The notes under the pieces are model-generated. The model was not told the DNA's origin. It did not search any database and was given only the letters and a program-made list of their open reading frames with translations. The position numbers and the translations under genes were made by a program. This document shows positions 48,485 through 57,189 of a DNA stretch of 64,000 nucleotides, piece by piece. The first letter of the stretch is position 1; every line of letters starts with the position of its first letter. The stretch covers positions 304,055-368,054 of the IMG/VR virus record IMGVR_UViG_3300005537_000001; one strand, written 5' to 3'.

Positions 48485-49159
48485 ATGCTAGTTTGTGAAC
48501 TCCTAGAAGACGATCAATCGCGCGTAAATGTGGGCGGAAGCGCTCAAGCATCATTCGCGCGCGTTTTCAAGAAGAAATTTCCTAATTCCCGCGTAATATC
48601 TATCTCGCCGCGGTCATCGCAGGCAGCTGACATCATCGTGAAGCACAACGGTAAGAAGCTGCAGTTTGAGGTAAAGGCGAGGACTGGACCAGAAAGAACC
48701 AACGTGGTTTATGACAAGTCGCTAAGACGCGGCGCCCACGACCCTATCTTGGATGCTTTCGCGCGATCATTTGGCAAGGAACGCACGTTTAGCGAGCTTA
48801 TTGATTCGTATCGAAAGAAGGATTCTAGAATTGGTTTCCCAGGGGATCTAGGAGTTGTTTCATCCGGAAAGATACCACGTGAGTTCAACTCAACCGATCC
48901 AACGTTTCTTTCACAGCTGCGACAAGCTGTTATCAGGCGCCTGCAGGCTAACGGTGATAACTATTTTGCGATCCATGATCTTTCTACGGGTATCACTTCG
49001 GTGTATTTCACCGGTTTAGGTGATAACGTGCTTGGAGCTAAACCATATCCGAAGCTTTCATCTGTTCAGATAGACACGTACGGTGGAGGATACAAAGGTG
49101 GTATGCGGGTTGGGATCAAGGCCGTTATCGCGGCTTCGAGCAAAACTATCGCGCTGTAG
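48485..49159 (+). CDS. PD-(D/E)xK-type nuclease with class-I leader MLVCELLE
   Basis: ADI.V......QFEVK core; basic protein. Confidence 0.6.
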   Translation: MLVCELLEDDQSRVNVGGSAQASFARVFKKKFPNSRVISISPRSSQAADIIVKHNGKKLQFEVKARTGPERTNVVYDKSLRRGAHDPILDAFARSFGKERTFSELIDSYRKKDSRIGFPGDLGVVSSGKIPREFNSTDPTFLSQLRQAVIRRLQANGDNYFAIHDLSTGITSVYFTGLGDNVLGAKPYPKLSSVQIDTYGGGYKGGMRVGIKAVIAASSKTIAL

Positions 49160-49189
49160 CGTATATTTTGACTGTTCTCATTGGCTCCC

Positions 49190-49197
49190 CATAAATA
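49190..49197 (+). promoter_or_regulatory. Late promoter CATAAATA
   Basis: Intergenic, upstream of the prohead protease. Confidence 0.75.
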
Positions 49198-49240
49198 ATC
49201 TGTGAATTCAATGTGTTCAGGTTATCTGACGGGAGACTCT

Positions 49241-49858
49241 ATGTCAAAGCTTATTCCTCTGTATGAGTATTTCAACCCAGTTGAAGCTCAATTGGTTGAG
49301 TCTCGGGACGCGCAGAAGAATCTTTATCTAGCTGGTAGAATGATGGCGGGTGAGGCAAAGAACCTCAACAACCGCAGCTATCCAGTTACCGAAATTGCTA
49401 AGGCGGTTGGTCTCATCAACCAACGAATTAAGGAAGGTGCCTTCATCGCTGGTGAGCTGAATCACCCAGACAACCTTTCAATCGATCTAAAGAATGTTTC
49501 ACACATCATCATCGAAGCATGGATGGATGGAAACAACGCCGTCGGTAAGTGCAGAATTTTGAACACCCCATCTGGACAAATAGTTCAGAGCCTCATTGAG
49601 GGTGGAATGAAGCTTGGAGTTTCTTCGCGTGGAACTGGAAACGTAAACCACAACGGCATAGTTGAGGATTTTTCGTTCGTAACGCTCGACATCGTAGCCC
49701 AACCATCCGGTCCAGGCTGCTACCCAGATGTAGTTCGTGAAGGTTTGGAACAGCCAAAGATTCGCACCCTCGCCGAAATGGCGGTGGAAGATGTCAAGGC
49801 GCAAAAATTCTTGACGCGTGAAGTGTTCAAGTTCATCGCATCACTGACGAAGAAGTAA
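49241..49858 (+). CDS. Prohead core protease gp21
   Basis: N.N.R.YP, GELNHP (His), VSH.I, IL.TP.G, LGVSSRG.G (Ser), D.VA.PS; ATG 49241 has a GGGAG SD. Confidence 0.93.
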   Translation: MSKLIPLYEYFNPVEAQLVESRDAQKNLYLAGRMMAGEAKNLNNRSYPVTEIAKAVGLINQRIKEGAFIAGELNHPDNLSIDLKNVSHIIIEAWMDGNNAVGKCRILNTPSGQIVQSLIEGGMKLGVSSRGTGNVNHNGIVEDFSFVTLDIVAQPSGPGCYPDVVREGLEQPKIRTLAEMAVEDVKAQKFLTREVFKFIASLTKK

Positions 49859-49859
49859 A

Positions 49860-50636
49860 ATGTTAATCCAAGATCTTCTAAACATTTCAGAGGCGATGGC
49901 TAAAAATCCTGGTGACGAGGGTATGCGTCAGCGCGCGATTAAGGACATTCTTCGCAAGCTTAACAACGGCGTCATTACCAAGAAATCAGCTGATAAGCAG
50001 TTGAAAGATAAAGGACATCCCGGAGTTGATCTCGTTGAAGCTTTCCCTATGCCGCGCGGAGAGGAAGGCAAAAAGGAGCACAAGAAGAAGCTTGACGCGA
50101 TGTCTCCAAAGGAGCTTCTCGCTCACGTGATGAAGCACGCGTCAGAAGAAAAGGATGACGGTCCAGTTACTGCAGCTGACATCAAGAACCATGCTCGCCG
50201 GCTTGCCAAGCGTCTTGGACATGATAACGCAGAGCACTACGCTGACAAGATTAAGGATCACGTAACCGAAGCCGTGAGCGAAAAAGCATCAGCGGAAATG
50301 ACGCGAATCAGAGCTGAAATGAAGAAGGTTAGCAGCGAAATAGATTCAATCATAGCTGATGGTGGCCAAGTTAGCACGACCGATCCACTCAACGTGAAGC
50401 TATCAAAGCTTAGAAAGGATCTTGTCAAGCTGCGTCGTTCTGTCAATGAAGAATTTCTAGAAGAAGCAAAAATGCCTTCTAAAGCATCAATGATGCGGGT
50501 AGCGATGGCGATCGCTAAGAAGCACAAGGTAGATTTTGACGACAAAGATGGTGCCGTGGTAAAGGCGGCTATCGTTGAGTGCTATGCTCAAGGTTATGAG
50601 GACGGCATAATATCGGTAGAGGGTGGAGAAGTATAA
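49860..50636 (+). CDS. Prohead core / internal head protein (multi-segment)
   Basis: Leader MLIQDLLNISE; charged segments separated by LVE, VTE, VNE and LEE. Confidence 0.6.
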   Translation: MLIQDLLNISEAMAKNPGDEGMRQRAIKDILRKLNNGVITKKSADKQLKDKGHPGVDLVEAFPMPRGEEGKKEHKKKLDAMSPKELLAHVMKHASEEKDDGPVTAADIKNHARRLAKRLGHDNAEHYADKIKDHVTEAVSEKASAEMTRIRAEMKKVSSEIDSIIADGGQVSTTDPLNVKLSKLRKDLVKLRRSVNEEFLEEAKMPSKASMMRVAMAIAKKHKVDFDDKDGAVVKAAIVECYAQGYEDGIISVEGGEV

Positions 50637-50947
50637 TGGATCAAGCAGCACGAGACGCTCTGCGCGCGCTAGCCGGAATAAAACCAGCACCCAAAGGTGC
50701 TCCAGGTGTTCTCAAGTCGGTATTCGAAGGAATGCCAACCGATAAGAACGCGCTGCGGGTAATGGCTGGCCTCCCAGTTAAAGAGGATACTACCGGTCCA
50801 GCTATCGTACAGCCAGTAGTACCAACACCAGCTCCACCACTAACGCAGGGTGGTCCAGTAGAAGCACCGGAAACAGATTTGGATAAGGTCGAGAAGCTTC
50901 TTCACGAAGCAATCGCTCTTTTGAATAACGTTAAGAAGGCCAAGTAG
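50636..50947 (+). CDS. Small head-module protein with two LR.[LM]AG motifs
   Basis: ALRALAGI and ALRVMAGL. Confidence 0.65.
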   Translation: MDQAARDALRALAGIKPAPKGAPGVLKSVFEGMPTDKNALRVMAGLPVKEDTTGPAIVQPVVPTPAPPLTQGGPVEAPETDLDKVEKLLHEAIALLNNVKKAK

Positions 50948-50968
50948 GCTAACCACAAGGGGATATAA

Positions 50969-52309
50969 ATGGAAAACCAGAGACTAAAAGAACTAGCTGG
51001 ACTCATCACTGAAAAGAAGTGGTCTGGTGAAGTTAAGACAAAGTGGAAGCCTACCGAAGGTACATTCACCGGTAAGGCAGGATCAATCGTTAAGGCTCTC
51101 TTGGATGCTCCAGGTGGTGCCAAGAAGGCCATGTCGCGCTTGAACTTCTACATCAACCGCGCCGGCGATAAGCTTGAGAACAGGGAAGAGCTTGAAAAAG
51201 CTAAGGCCGCTCTCGAGAAGAAAATTGCCGCCATGAAGGAAGAAGTAGAGGGTGTCGCTCGTCGCGCTGGCATCATTCTTGAAAAGAAGAGTGAACCAGA
51301 GGACATGGAACCAGATATGGACATGGGTGATGGCGATGAGGCTCCAAAGGCTAAGGGCGATGATGAAGAGGAAGAGTCACTTCCAAAGATCGTCAAGAAG
51401 ATCGCTAAGAAGGCGGTCGGTAAAGATGTCGAGGAACTCGAAGAGCTCATCATGAAGGTTTACAGCGCTGGCCACAAGGACGGTGAGAAGGAAGCTTCAG
51501 AGAAGAAGGAAAAATCCGTCAAGGAGAGCGTCAGCCTAACTGAAAAATTCCACGTTAAGAAAGGCAAAAAGGTTATGATGAGCGGCTCAAAGGCCGAATG
51601 TGAGGAATTTGCCGACGAGCACGGTGGTGAAGTCGTTAAGGGCGAGCCTATGACCGAGCAGGAGCTAGCTGAGCGTCATCACGTTAAGAAGAAGGGTAAG
51701 GTTGTCAAGAGCGGATCGAAGGCTGAAATGGATGCCATGGCTGCTGGTGACAAGGAAATGACCGTTCACAAGGGTGAGGAAATGACCGAGGAAGAACTTT
51801 CCGAGAAGCACCACGTTAAGAAGGGTGGTAAGGTAACGTTCAAGGGCAGCAAGAAAGGCGCTATGGATCACGCCGATGAGCATGGTGGTCAAATAGTTAA
51901 GGGCGATCCTGATGAGCAGATGGACGAAGAAATCGATCTTGAGTCCGCCATCCTAGAGGATGAGGCGGCAGCCAAGAAGATGCTGTCAATGCTTGACCAT
52001 CATGGTAAAACTGTAATGACGTCGATGGGCAAGGGAGTAATCACCGGCATCGTTAAGCAGGCGAAGACGACTGCTGACGGTAAGGCTGGTCCATACGTTC
52101 ACAGCGTAACCGTAAGGATGGGCGACAACACAGTTCACGTGATGCCTGCAAATCAAGTTAAGCTCTTCAAGGGCAAGAAACCCGATGGCAAGATGCTACC
52201 AAAGGGTGTTGGCTCACTAGCCATCGCGAGCGCTGACAAAGGCGTAGTTGCAAATGGTGGTAAGGAGTCAGGAACTAAGCCATCCGGCAAGAGCATGTGG
52301 AAGGCCTAA
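50969..52309 (+). CDS. Internal head/core protein: LAG tag, DUF3175-like domain, three His/Lys repeats
   Basis: RLKELAGLITE; KWS...AMSRLNFYINRAG..L....LEKAK (DUF3175-like); three copies of E[KR][FH]HVKK.....GSK. Confidence 0.65.
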   Translation: MENQRLKELAGLITEKKWSGEVKTKWKPTEGTFTGKAGSIVKALLDAPGGAKKAMSRLNFYINRAGDKLENREELEKAKAALEKKIAAMKEEVEGVARRAGIILEKKSEPEDMEPDMDMGDGDEAPKAKGDDEEEESLPKIVKKIAKKAVGKDVEELEELIMKVYSAGHKDGEKEASEKKEKSVKESVSLTEKFHVKKGKKVMMSGSKAECEEFADEHGGEVVKGEPMTEQELAERHHVKKKGKVVKSGSKAEMDAMAAGDKEMTVHKGEEMTEEELSEKHHVKKGGKVTFKGSKKGAMDHADEHGGQIVKGDPDEQMDEEIDLESAILEDEAAAKKMLSMLDHHGKTVMTSMGKGVITGIVKQAKTTADGKAGPYVHSVTVRMGDNTVHVMPANQVKLFKGKKPDGKMLPKGVGSLAIASADKGVVANGGKESGTKPSGKSMWKA

Positions 52310-52594
52310 GTGGATGAATCTCGCCTCAAGAGACTCGCTGGTATTTTAACCGAAGAGGCCGATAAGAAGGTAATTCCTATCGGCCTCCACTTCGGTCTTG
52401 GCGACGGAGGCAACATGCACAAGGCGGTCGACGCGCTGCTTGAAGCTGGAATTGAAGTGGACATGAATTATTCGATGGGTGTTTATTATTTCAACTTCAA
52501 GAGTGAAAAGCTTGCCGATGAAGCTCACAGGATTGTAGCTAAAGTTATCGATAAGAAAAAAGAGCAGAAGTGGAGCGAAAATGCTAGTACGTGA
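52310..52594 (+). CDS. Small protein with LAG tag; paralogue of the next gene
   Basis: GTG start; RLKRLAGILTE; HFG...KA..AL..A.[IV]E.D....G..YF.F. Confidence 0.7.
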   Translation: MDESRLKRLAGILTEEADKKVIPIGLHFGLGDGGNMHKAVDALLEAGIEVDMNYSMGVYYFNFKSEKLADEAHRIVAKVIDKKKEQKWSENAST

Positions 52595-52850
52595 ACTGTT
52601 GGAAGCAAAAATGACCAAACCAGATTATAAGAACTGGTATGGTAATATACATTTCGGTTTTGAACATAAGCCAAACGCTACCAAGGCTGCAGCAGCTCTG
52701 AAGAAAGCTGACGTTGAATTTGATAGCGATACTAACGGCGGCATCACCTATTTCTATTTTGATACCAAATCTGACATGAAGAAAGCTATCAAGATTGTAA
52801 CCCCAGTTATTGATGCATCCAAGGAATCCGAATGGGGTTCATCCGAATAA
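52581..52850 (+). CDS. Small protein with class-I leader; paralogue of the previous gene
   Basis: MLVRELLE; same HFG...KA..AL..A.VE.D...G..YF.F...VID..KE..W core. Confidence 0.7.
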   Translation: MLVRELLEAKMTKPDYKNWYGNIHFGFEHKPNATKAAAALKKADVEFDSDTNGGITYFYFDTKSDMKKAIKIVTPVIDASKESEWGSSE

Positions 52851-53459
52851 ATGGATATTAGCAAGTTACGAAAATTAGCTGGAATGCCATCTGCCACGGT
52901 TAGCAAGAAGATACTAACTGAAGCTGCAGAGTCAAAGCGCGTAATCGTGCTAAATGGATCACTGCACCCACCTGGTAAATCCCACACACGAAAGATAGCT
53001 GAAAAATTTCTTAAGCTGATACCGAATTCAACCGGTGAAATAGTTGATTTGGTTGACTACGACATTAAGCCCGGTAACGGTGCTGATGCTGCTGATGATG
53101 ATTGGAAAACTATTCTACCAAAGATACTTGAGTGCGATGTTCTAGTATGGGCTACACCTCTCTGGTGGGGTAACCACTCATCGCTTATTCAACGAGCGAT
53201 CGAGAGAATGGATTCGCTAACCGACAAGAAGGGATTTCCGGTAACGATTAAGAATAAATTTGCCGCGATATTGATTAGCGGTGCCGATGATGGCGCTCAA
53301 TCAACTCAGGCGGGTTTGATGGAAGTATCTACCTATTTCGGATTTACACTTCCACCAGTGTGTGGATTTTATAGTTTGGAAAATGGTAAGTGGGATGATG
53401 AATCCGAAAAACAGTTGAAAATTACAGCTGATAATTTGGCGCAGGCTCTGTCTCGCTAA
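52851..53459 (+). CDS. Flavodoxin-like NAD(P)H-dependent FMN reductase with LAG tag
   Basis: VIVLNGS.....S.T; DDW..I..KILE.D.LV.ATP.WWG..SS.....IERMD; NK.A......DG. Confidence 0.85.
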   Translation: MDISKLRKLAGMPSATVSKKILTEAAESKRVIVLNGSLHPPGKSHTRKIAEKFLKLIPNSTGEIVDLVDYDIKPGNGADAADDDWKTILPKILECDVLVWATPLWWGNHSSLIQRAIERMDSLTDKKGFPVTIKNKFAAILISGADDGAQSTQAGLMEVSTYFGFTLPPVCGFYSLENGKWDDESEKQLKITADNLAQALSR

Positions 53460-53516
53460 ATTTCAGAACTCGCGCTGCAATCACATTGACGGCGCTATAA
53501 CAATAAGGAGACGACA

Positions 53517-53717
53517 ATGGCTGATACAAACGCTCTAAAGAGCATGTTGAACAACTTTATTAATGATAAGCCTGAAGAGGCTACTCTTGATCTTCATGGT
53601 TACTTGACAACAAAGATGAAGGACGTTGCGGGTATTAGCGTAGCTGATGAACCACTTGTGGATGACGACACCGTTCCAGAAGTTGACCCCGAAGCTACCC
53701 AAGAAGCTACAGAGTAA
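53517..53717 (+). CDS. Small acidic prohead core protein (gp67/gp68-like position)
   Basis: SD AAGGAG; acidic tail; KMKDVAGI motif; precedes the scaffold. Confidence 0.55.
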   Translation: MADTNALKSMLNNFINDKPEEATLDLHGYLTTKMKDVAGISVADEPLVDDDTVPEVDPEATQEATE

Positions 53718-53788
53718 GCCTGATAAGTTGAAAGCAGGTAAGTTGAGGCGCCAAAAGCGCCGGTTTTTAGCGAATTTTTCGTGTGGCC

Positions 53789-53796
53789 CATAAATA
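53789..53796 (+). promoter_or_regulatory. Late promoter CATAAATA for scaffold-MCP
   Basis: Intergenic, about 110 nt upstream of the scaffold start. Confidence 0.75.
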
Positions 53797-53905
53797 AAAT
53801 CGTACGTTTCACGTAGATTTGTAATATGCAAACGCGTAAGGTTCAAAGCCTTTAGAGACGAATAAAAATCAGTCTCTATCCCACCCTTTTATAGGAGTTA
53901 AACTG

Positions 53906-54793
53906 ATGGATGAAATCCTACAGAAATTGCTAAGCTCTGAGCTACTCAGCGAAGAAGCCAAGGCAGAAATCTCCACTCAGTGGACTACCGCGGTTGAGTC
54001 TTACAAGACTACAGTTCGCGAGGAAGTAACACTCGAAGTGAGAAATGAAATTGCCGAACAGTGGGCAACTGAACGTGACGCTCTAGTTGAGAATGTCGAA
54101 ACGTTCGTTGCAAAGAAACTTGATGAAGAAATTGCAGAGCTAAAGTCAGACATTGAGCGCTTTCGCGACCTCGAGGCAGAATACGCCGAGAAGATCGTTG
54201 AAGAAAAGCACGCGATGGCCGAAACCCTCTCAGCAGAACTTGATGCGCTAGTTGAGAAAATGGATGCCTTCTTTGAGCTACGCCTCAGCGAAGAATTCCA
54301 AGAGCTCAAGGAAGATCTCCAGATCGTTCGCGAGAATGAATTCGGTCGTCAGATTTTCGAAGCCTACTCAACGACGTTCAACAAGAGCTTTGTTGATGAA
54401 GAGTCAACAGCCTCTAAGCTTGCAGCTGCAAACACAGAACTCGAAGAAGCTCAAAAGAAGATCAGCGCCCTTGAGGAATCAGGTGCGAAGATGGTTCGTG
54501 AAGCTAAGCTCGAAAAGATCCTTGCTCCTCTCAACGGTAAGAAGAAGGAACAGATGGCATTCGTACTTGCCAATGTTGAAACTTCCCGCCTTGAAGAAGC
54601 ATACAACCACTTCATTGGTCGCGTTCTGAAGGAAGAGCCTTCAGCGCAGCCTGGAAGCGATGCATCGCCAGCTCAGATCACTGAGTCAGCGTCCGTTGTA
54701 GTAACTGGCAATGAGTCTACCGAGACGCCAGCAAAGCCAGCAGTAGCCACCGACAAGTTTCGTGAACTCAAGAAACTTGCTGGCATTGCCTAG
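53906..54793 (+). CDS. Prohead scaffold protein gp22
   Basis: Acidic coiled coil, LSEE.K..I, N.FGR.IFEAY, C-terminal FRELKKLAGIA; directly upstream of the MCP. Confidence 0.85.
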   Translation: MDEILQKLLSSELLSEEAKAEISTQWTTAVESYKTTVREEVTLEVRNEIAEQWATERDALVENVETFVAKKLDEEIAELKSDIERFRDLEAEYAEKIVEEKHAMAETLSAELDALVEKMDAFFELRLSEEFQELKEDLQIVRENEFGRQIFEAYSTTFNKSFVDEESTASKLAAANTELEEAQKKISALEESGAKMVREAKLEKILAPLNGKKKEQMAFVLANVETSRLEEAYNHFIGRVLKEEPSAQPGSDASPAQITESASVVVTGNESTETPAKPAVATDKFRELKKLAGIA

Positions 54794-54818
54794 TAACTAG
54801 TCCAAAAGGAGAATTTCA

Positions 54819-56087
54819 ATGGAACTATTTGAAAATTGGAGCGAAACCAAAGAGACACTTCTTGAAGGTCTCAGCGAAAGCAAGAAGAAGATTCTAGGCC
54901 CAGTCCTAGAGAACCAGATGGCTCACTTGCAGGAAACTGCAGCAGCTGGTACTTCCTCAGCAGGAGCTATTGGTAACTTCCAGAAGATCGTTATCCCAAT
55001 GATCCGCAGAATCATCCCAGGCACGATTGCAACCGAACTCGTTGGTGTACAGCCAATGGCCGGTCCAGTTGGCTTGGTCTACTCACTCCGCTTCTTGTTC
55101 TCAGAAGCAGTCACCGGTCCAGCAGCTACGGTTTCTGGTTTGGATGACAACTTCGTAACCAACCCAGGGGACGAAGTCTTCGCGAACAACTCTAAGACAA
55201 AGCGCTTCTATTCCACGTCTGACGCCCCAGCGGCTCCAGGTGGTCCAGCGGCTTCTACGTCTCAGGGCTTCGCGGCAACCACTTCTGATTACGAAGCCTT
55301 CGGCGGTCGTGCAATGACCTTGGAAGTCTTGAAGCAAACTGTAACCGCGGGTTCCCGTAAGTTGCAAGCTCGCTGGACTCCAGAAGCGATGCAGGATATC
55401 AAGGCCTCTCACGGCCTAGACCTCGAAGCAGAAATCACTGCTTCACTATCCGCTGCAGTCGTTTCCGAAATCGACAACGAAATCATCAACGACTTGATCG
55501 CTCTCGCGGGCACAACCCAGTCGTTCGATATGTCAGGTACCTTCACCGGTGTTCCTAACTACGTTGGCGATCGTCATGCAGTTCTTGGTGTGCTCATCAA
55601 CCAAGTTGCAAACGAAATTGCACGTAAGACGCGTCGCGGCCCAGCTAACTGGATCGTTGTTTCCCCACTCGTAGTTTCCGTTCTTCAGTCTGCCGCTAAG
55701 TCAGTCTTCGCGCCAGCCGTAAGCGGTTCCTTCGATGGTCCAAACAACACCAAGCTAGTTGGTACGTTGAACGGCTCAATCAAGGTATACACCTACATCT
55801 ACTTCGACGGATCACCACAGTCAATCGGTGGTTTGCCATCTGGTCAAGTAGAGCCAATCCTCCTTGGTTTCAAGGGTGGTTCAGGTGAAATGGACTCTGG
55901 CTACTTCTACTGCCCATACATCCCATTGATGTCAAGCGGTGTCGTAGTTGACCCAAATACTTTTAATCCACACGTATCGTTGATGACTCGTTACGGTAAG
56001 GCCACGTTCACCTCGACGGCAACGTCTCTTGGTAACTCGGCAGATTACTATGGCAGAATCAGCGTCGCTAACCTCTCATTCGTCTAA
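54819..56087 (+). CDS. Major capsid protein gp23
   Basis: LENQ; IP.IRR..P..IA.ELVGVQPM.GP.G; A.SRKL.ARWT.EA.QD....HGLD.E; YCPYIPL; TRYG. Confidence 0.97.
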   Translation: MELFENWSETKETLLEGLSESKKKILGPVLENQMAHLQETAAAGTSSAGAIGNFQKIVIPMIRRIIPGTIATELVGVQPMAGPVGLVYSLRFLFSEAVTGPAATVSGLDDNFVTNPGDEVFANNSKTKRFYSTSDAPAAPGGPAASTSQGFAATTSDYEAFGGRAMTLEVLKQTVTAGSRKLQARWTPEAMQDIKASHGLDLEAEITASLSAAVVSEIDNEIINDLIALAGTTQSFDMSGTFTGVPNYVGDRHAVLGVLINQVANEIARKTRRGPANWIVVSPLVVSVLQSAAKSVFAPAVSGSFDGPNNTKLVGTLNGSIKVYTYIYFDGSPQSIGGLPSGQVEPILLGFKGGSGEMDSGYFYCPYIPLMSSGVVVDPNTFNPHVSLMTRYGKATFTSTATSLGNSADYYGRISVANLSFV

Positions 56088-56132
56088 CACCGAAAGAGAC
56101 AAAGCAAACGTCAAGTTGATTGTTTGAAAGTA

Positions 56133-56165
56133 GACGGGATATCGAAAGATATCCCGTTTTACTTT
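56133..56165 (+). terminator. Rho-independent terminator after the MCP
   Basis: ACGGGATATC-GAAA-GATATCCCGT then TTT. Confidence 0.9.
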
Positions 56166-56186
56166 GCGTGGGAATTGTGATATAAT
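56158..56186 (+). promoter_or_regulatory. Sigma70-type promoter overlapping the terminator tail
   Basis: TTTACT-17 bp-TATAAT with TG at the extended -10. Confidence 0.65.
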
Positions 56187-56216
56187 TGGTACTTCACTAG
56201 ATTATCGGAGTATTGG

Positions 56217-56525
56217 ATGAAGGTTCACGATAGAATCTGTCCTAAGTGTAATGGCGTTTTGGAACAAACTCGCACTCGATCAGATCAATGTAAAGCTTGC
56301 TTCTTGATCGAGAAACGGGAACTGGATATTCTTTCCGAGAAAGATAGAATAGCTGAGTGGGGTTATAAGTTTCTCGAAGGCCCATGGGTAGACAAATTCA
56401 ATCATCGCTGCTATAAAATTTTAACACCATGCGGGCATGAATGGTCTTTGCCATTTACAAATCTCATCAAAAATATCAAGAAAGTGCCAAATTCCAAGCC
56501 ATGTGGTATATGTAGAGGTAGATAA
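56217..56525 (+). CDS. Zinc-ribbon protein
   Basis: CPKC, CKAC, PCGHEW, CGIC. Confidence 0.65.
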   Translation: MKVHDRICPKCNGVLEQTRTRSDQCKACFLIEKRELDILSEKDRIAEWGYKFLEGPWVDKFNHRCYKILTPCGHEWSLPFTNLIKNIKKVPNSKPCGICRGR

Positions 56526-56527
56526 TT

Positions 56528-57088
56528 TTGATCAATCATGATTGGTATGTTTATCTTTGGATTGATCCCGCAAATAATATTCCACGTTATGTTGGTAAAG
56601 GTAGAAAAGGCAGAGCATTTGATCACATTGAAGCTGAATCACCTTATCGATACGCATGGATGTTAAAGAAGCGTCATCGCGAAGGATATGTTTGCTTACC
56701 ACGTATTGTTTGGGTGAATGGCGCAGTTGAAGCTAAAGAATTAGAAATTTTTCTCATAGCATGGATTGGACGTGAGGATAAAGGACTCGGGTCACTATGG
56801 AATAAAACAGACGGCGGTGAGGGCACTATTGGATTGTCACGCAAAATGATCGATGCGCGAAATAGGGCCATTGGAAATACCCAAAGAAACATTCCAAAAA
56901 CACCGCAACATATCGCAGCCCTCAAGCAGGGTCAGCGCAAAAGAACAGCTAGATCAGCAGCATTTATTGGAGTGTCATTAGATGAGTGGTATGCTATGCC
57001 ACGTAATGAACGTGTTCGTAGACGGAGAAAAATAGCTAAGACCATACCTCGCATTTTGCTCGCTGAGTGGGGCCGCTTTCTAGTTTGA
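56528..57088 (+). mobile_element. GIY-YIG (LEM-3-like subtype) homing endonuclease
   Basis: YVY...DP....RYVGKG...RA..H; A..LE..LI...GR....G.L.N.TDGGEG. Confidence 0.8.
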
Positions 57089-57189
57089 ATATTTGGATTA
57101 ATGATTGGACTCCGAAAAAGCAGCCACCGCGTCGGTGGTGGCTAATCTACAAATGCTACAATGGACCAAAATTTGGGTAAAGGTGCATA

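Noticed and set aside
49202-49240. GTG start for the prohead protease
   Set aside because: ATG 49241 has a GGGAG SD and gives a normal N-terminus
53747-53768. Possible terminator GGCGC-CAAAA-GCGCC-GG-TTTTT
   Set aside because: Only a 5-bp stem with an offset T-run; too weak to call
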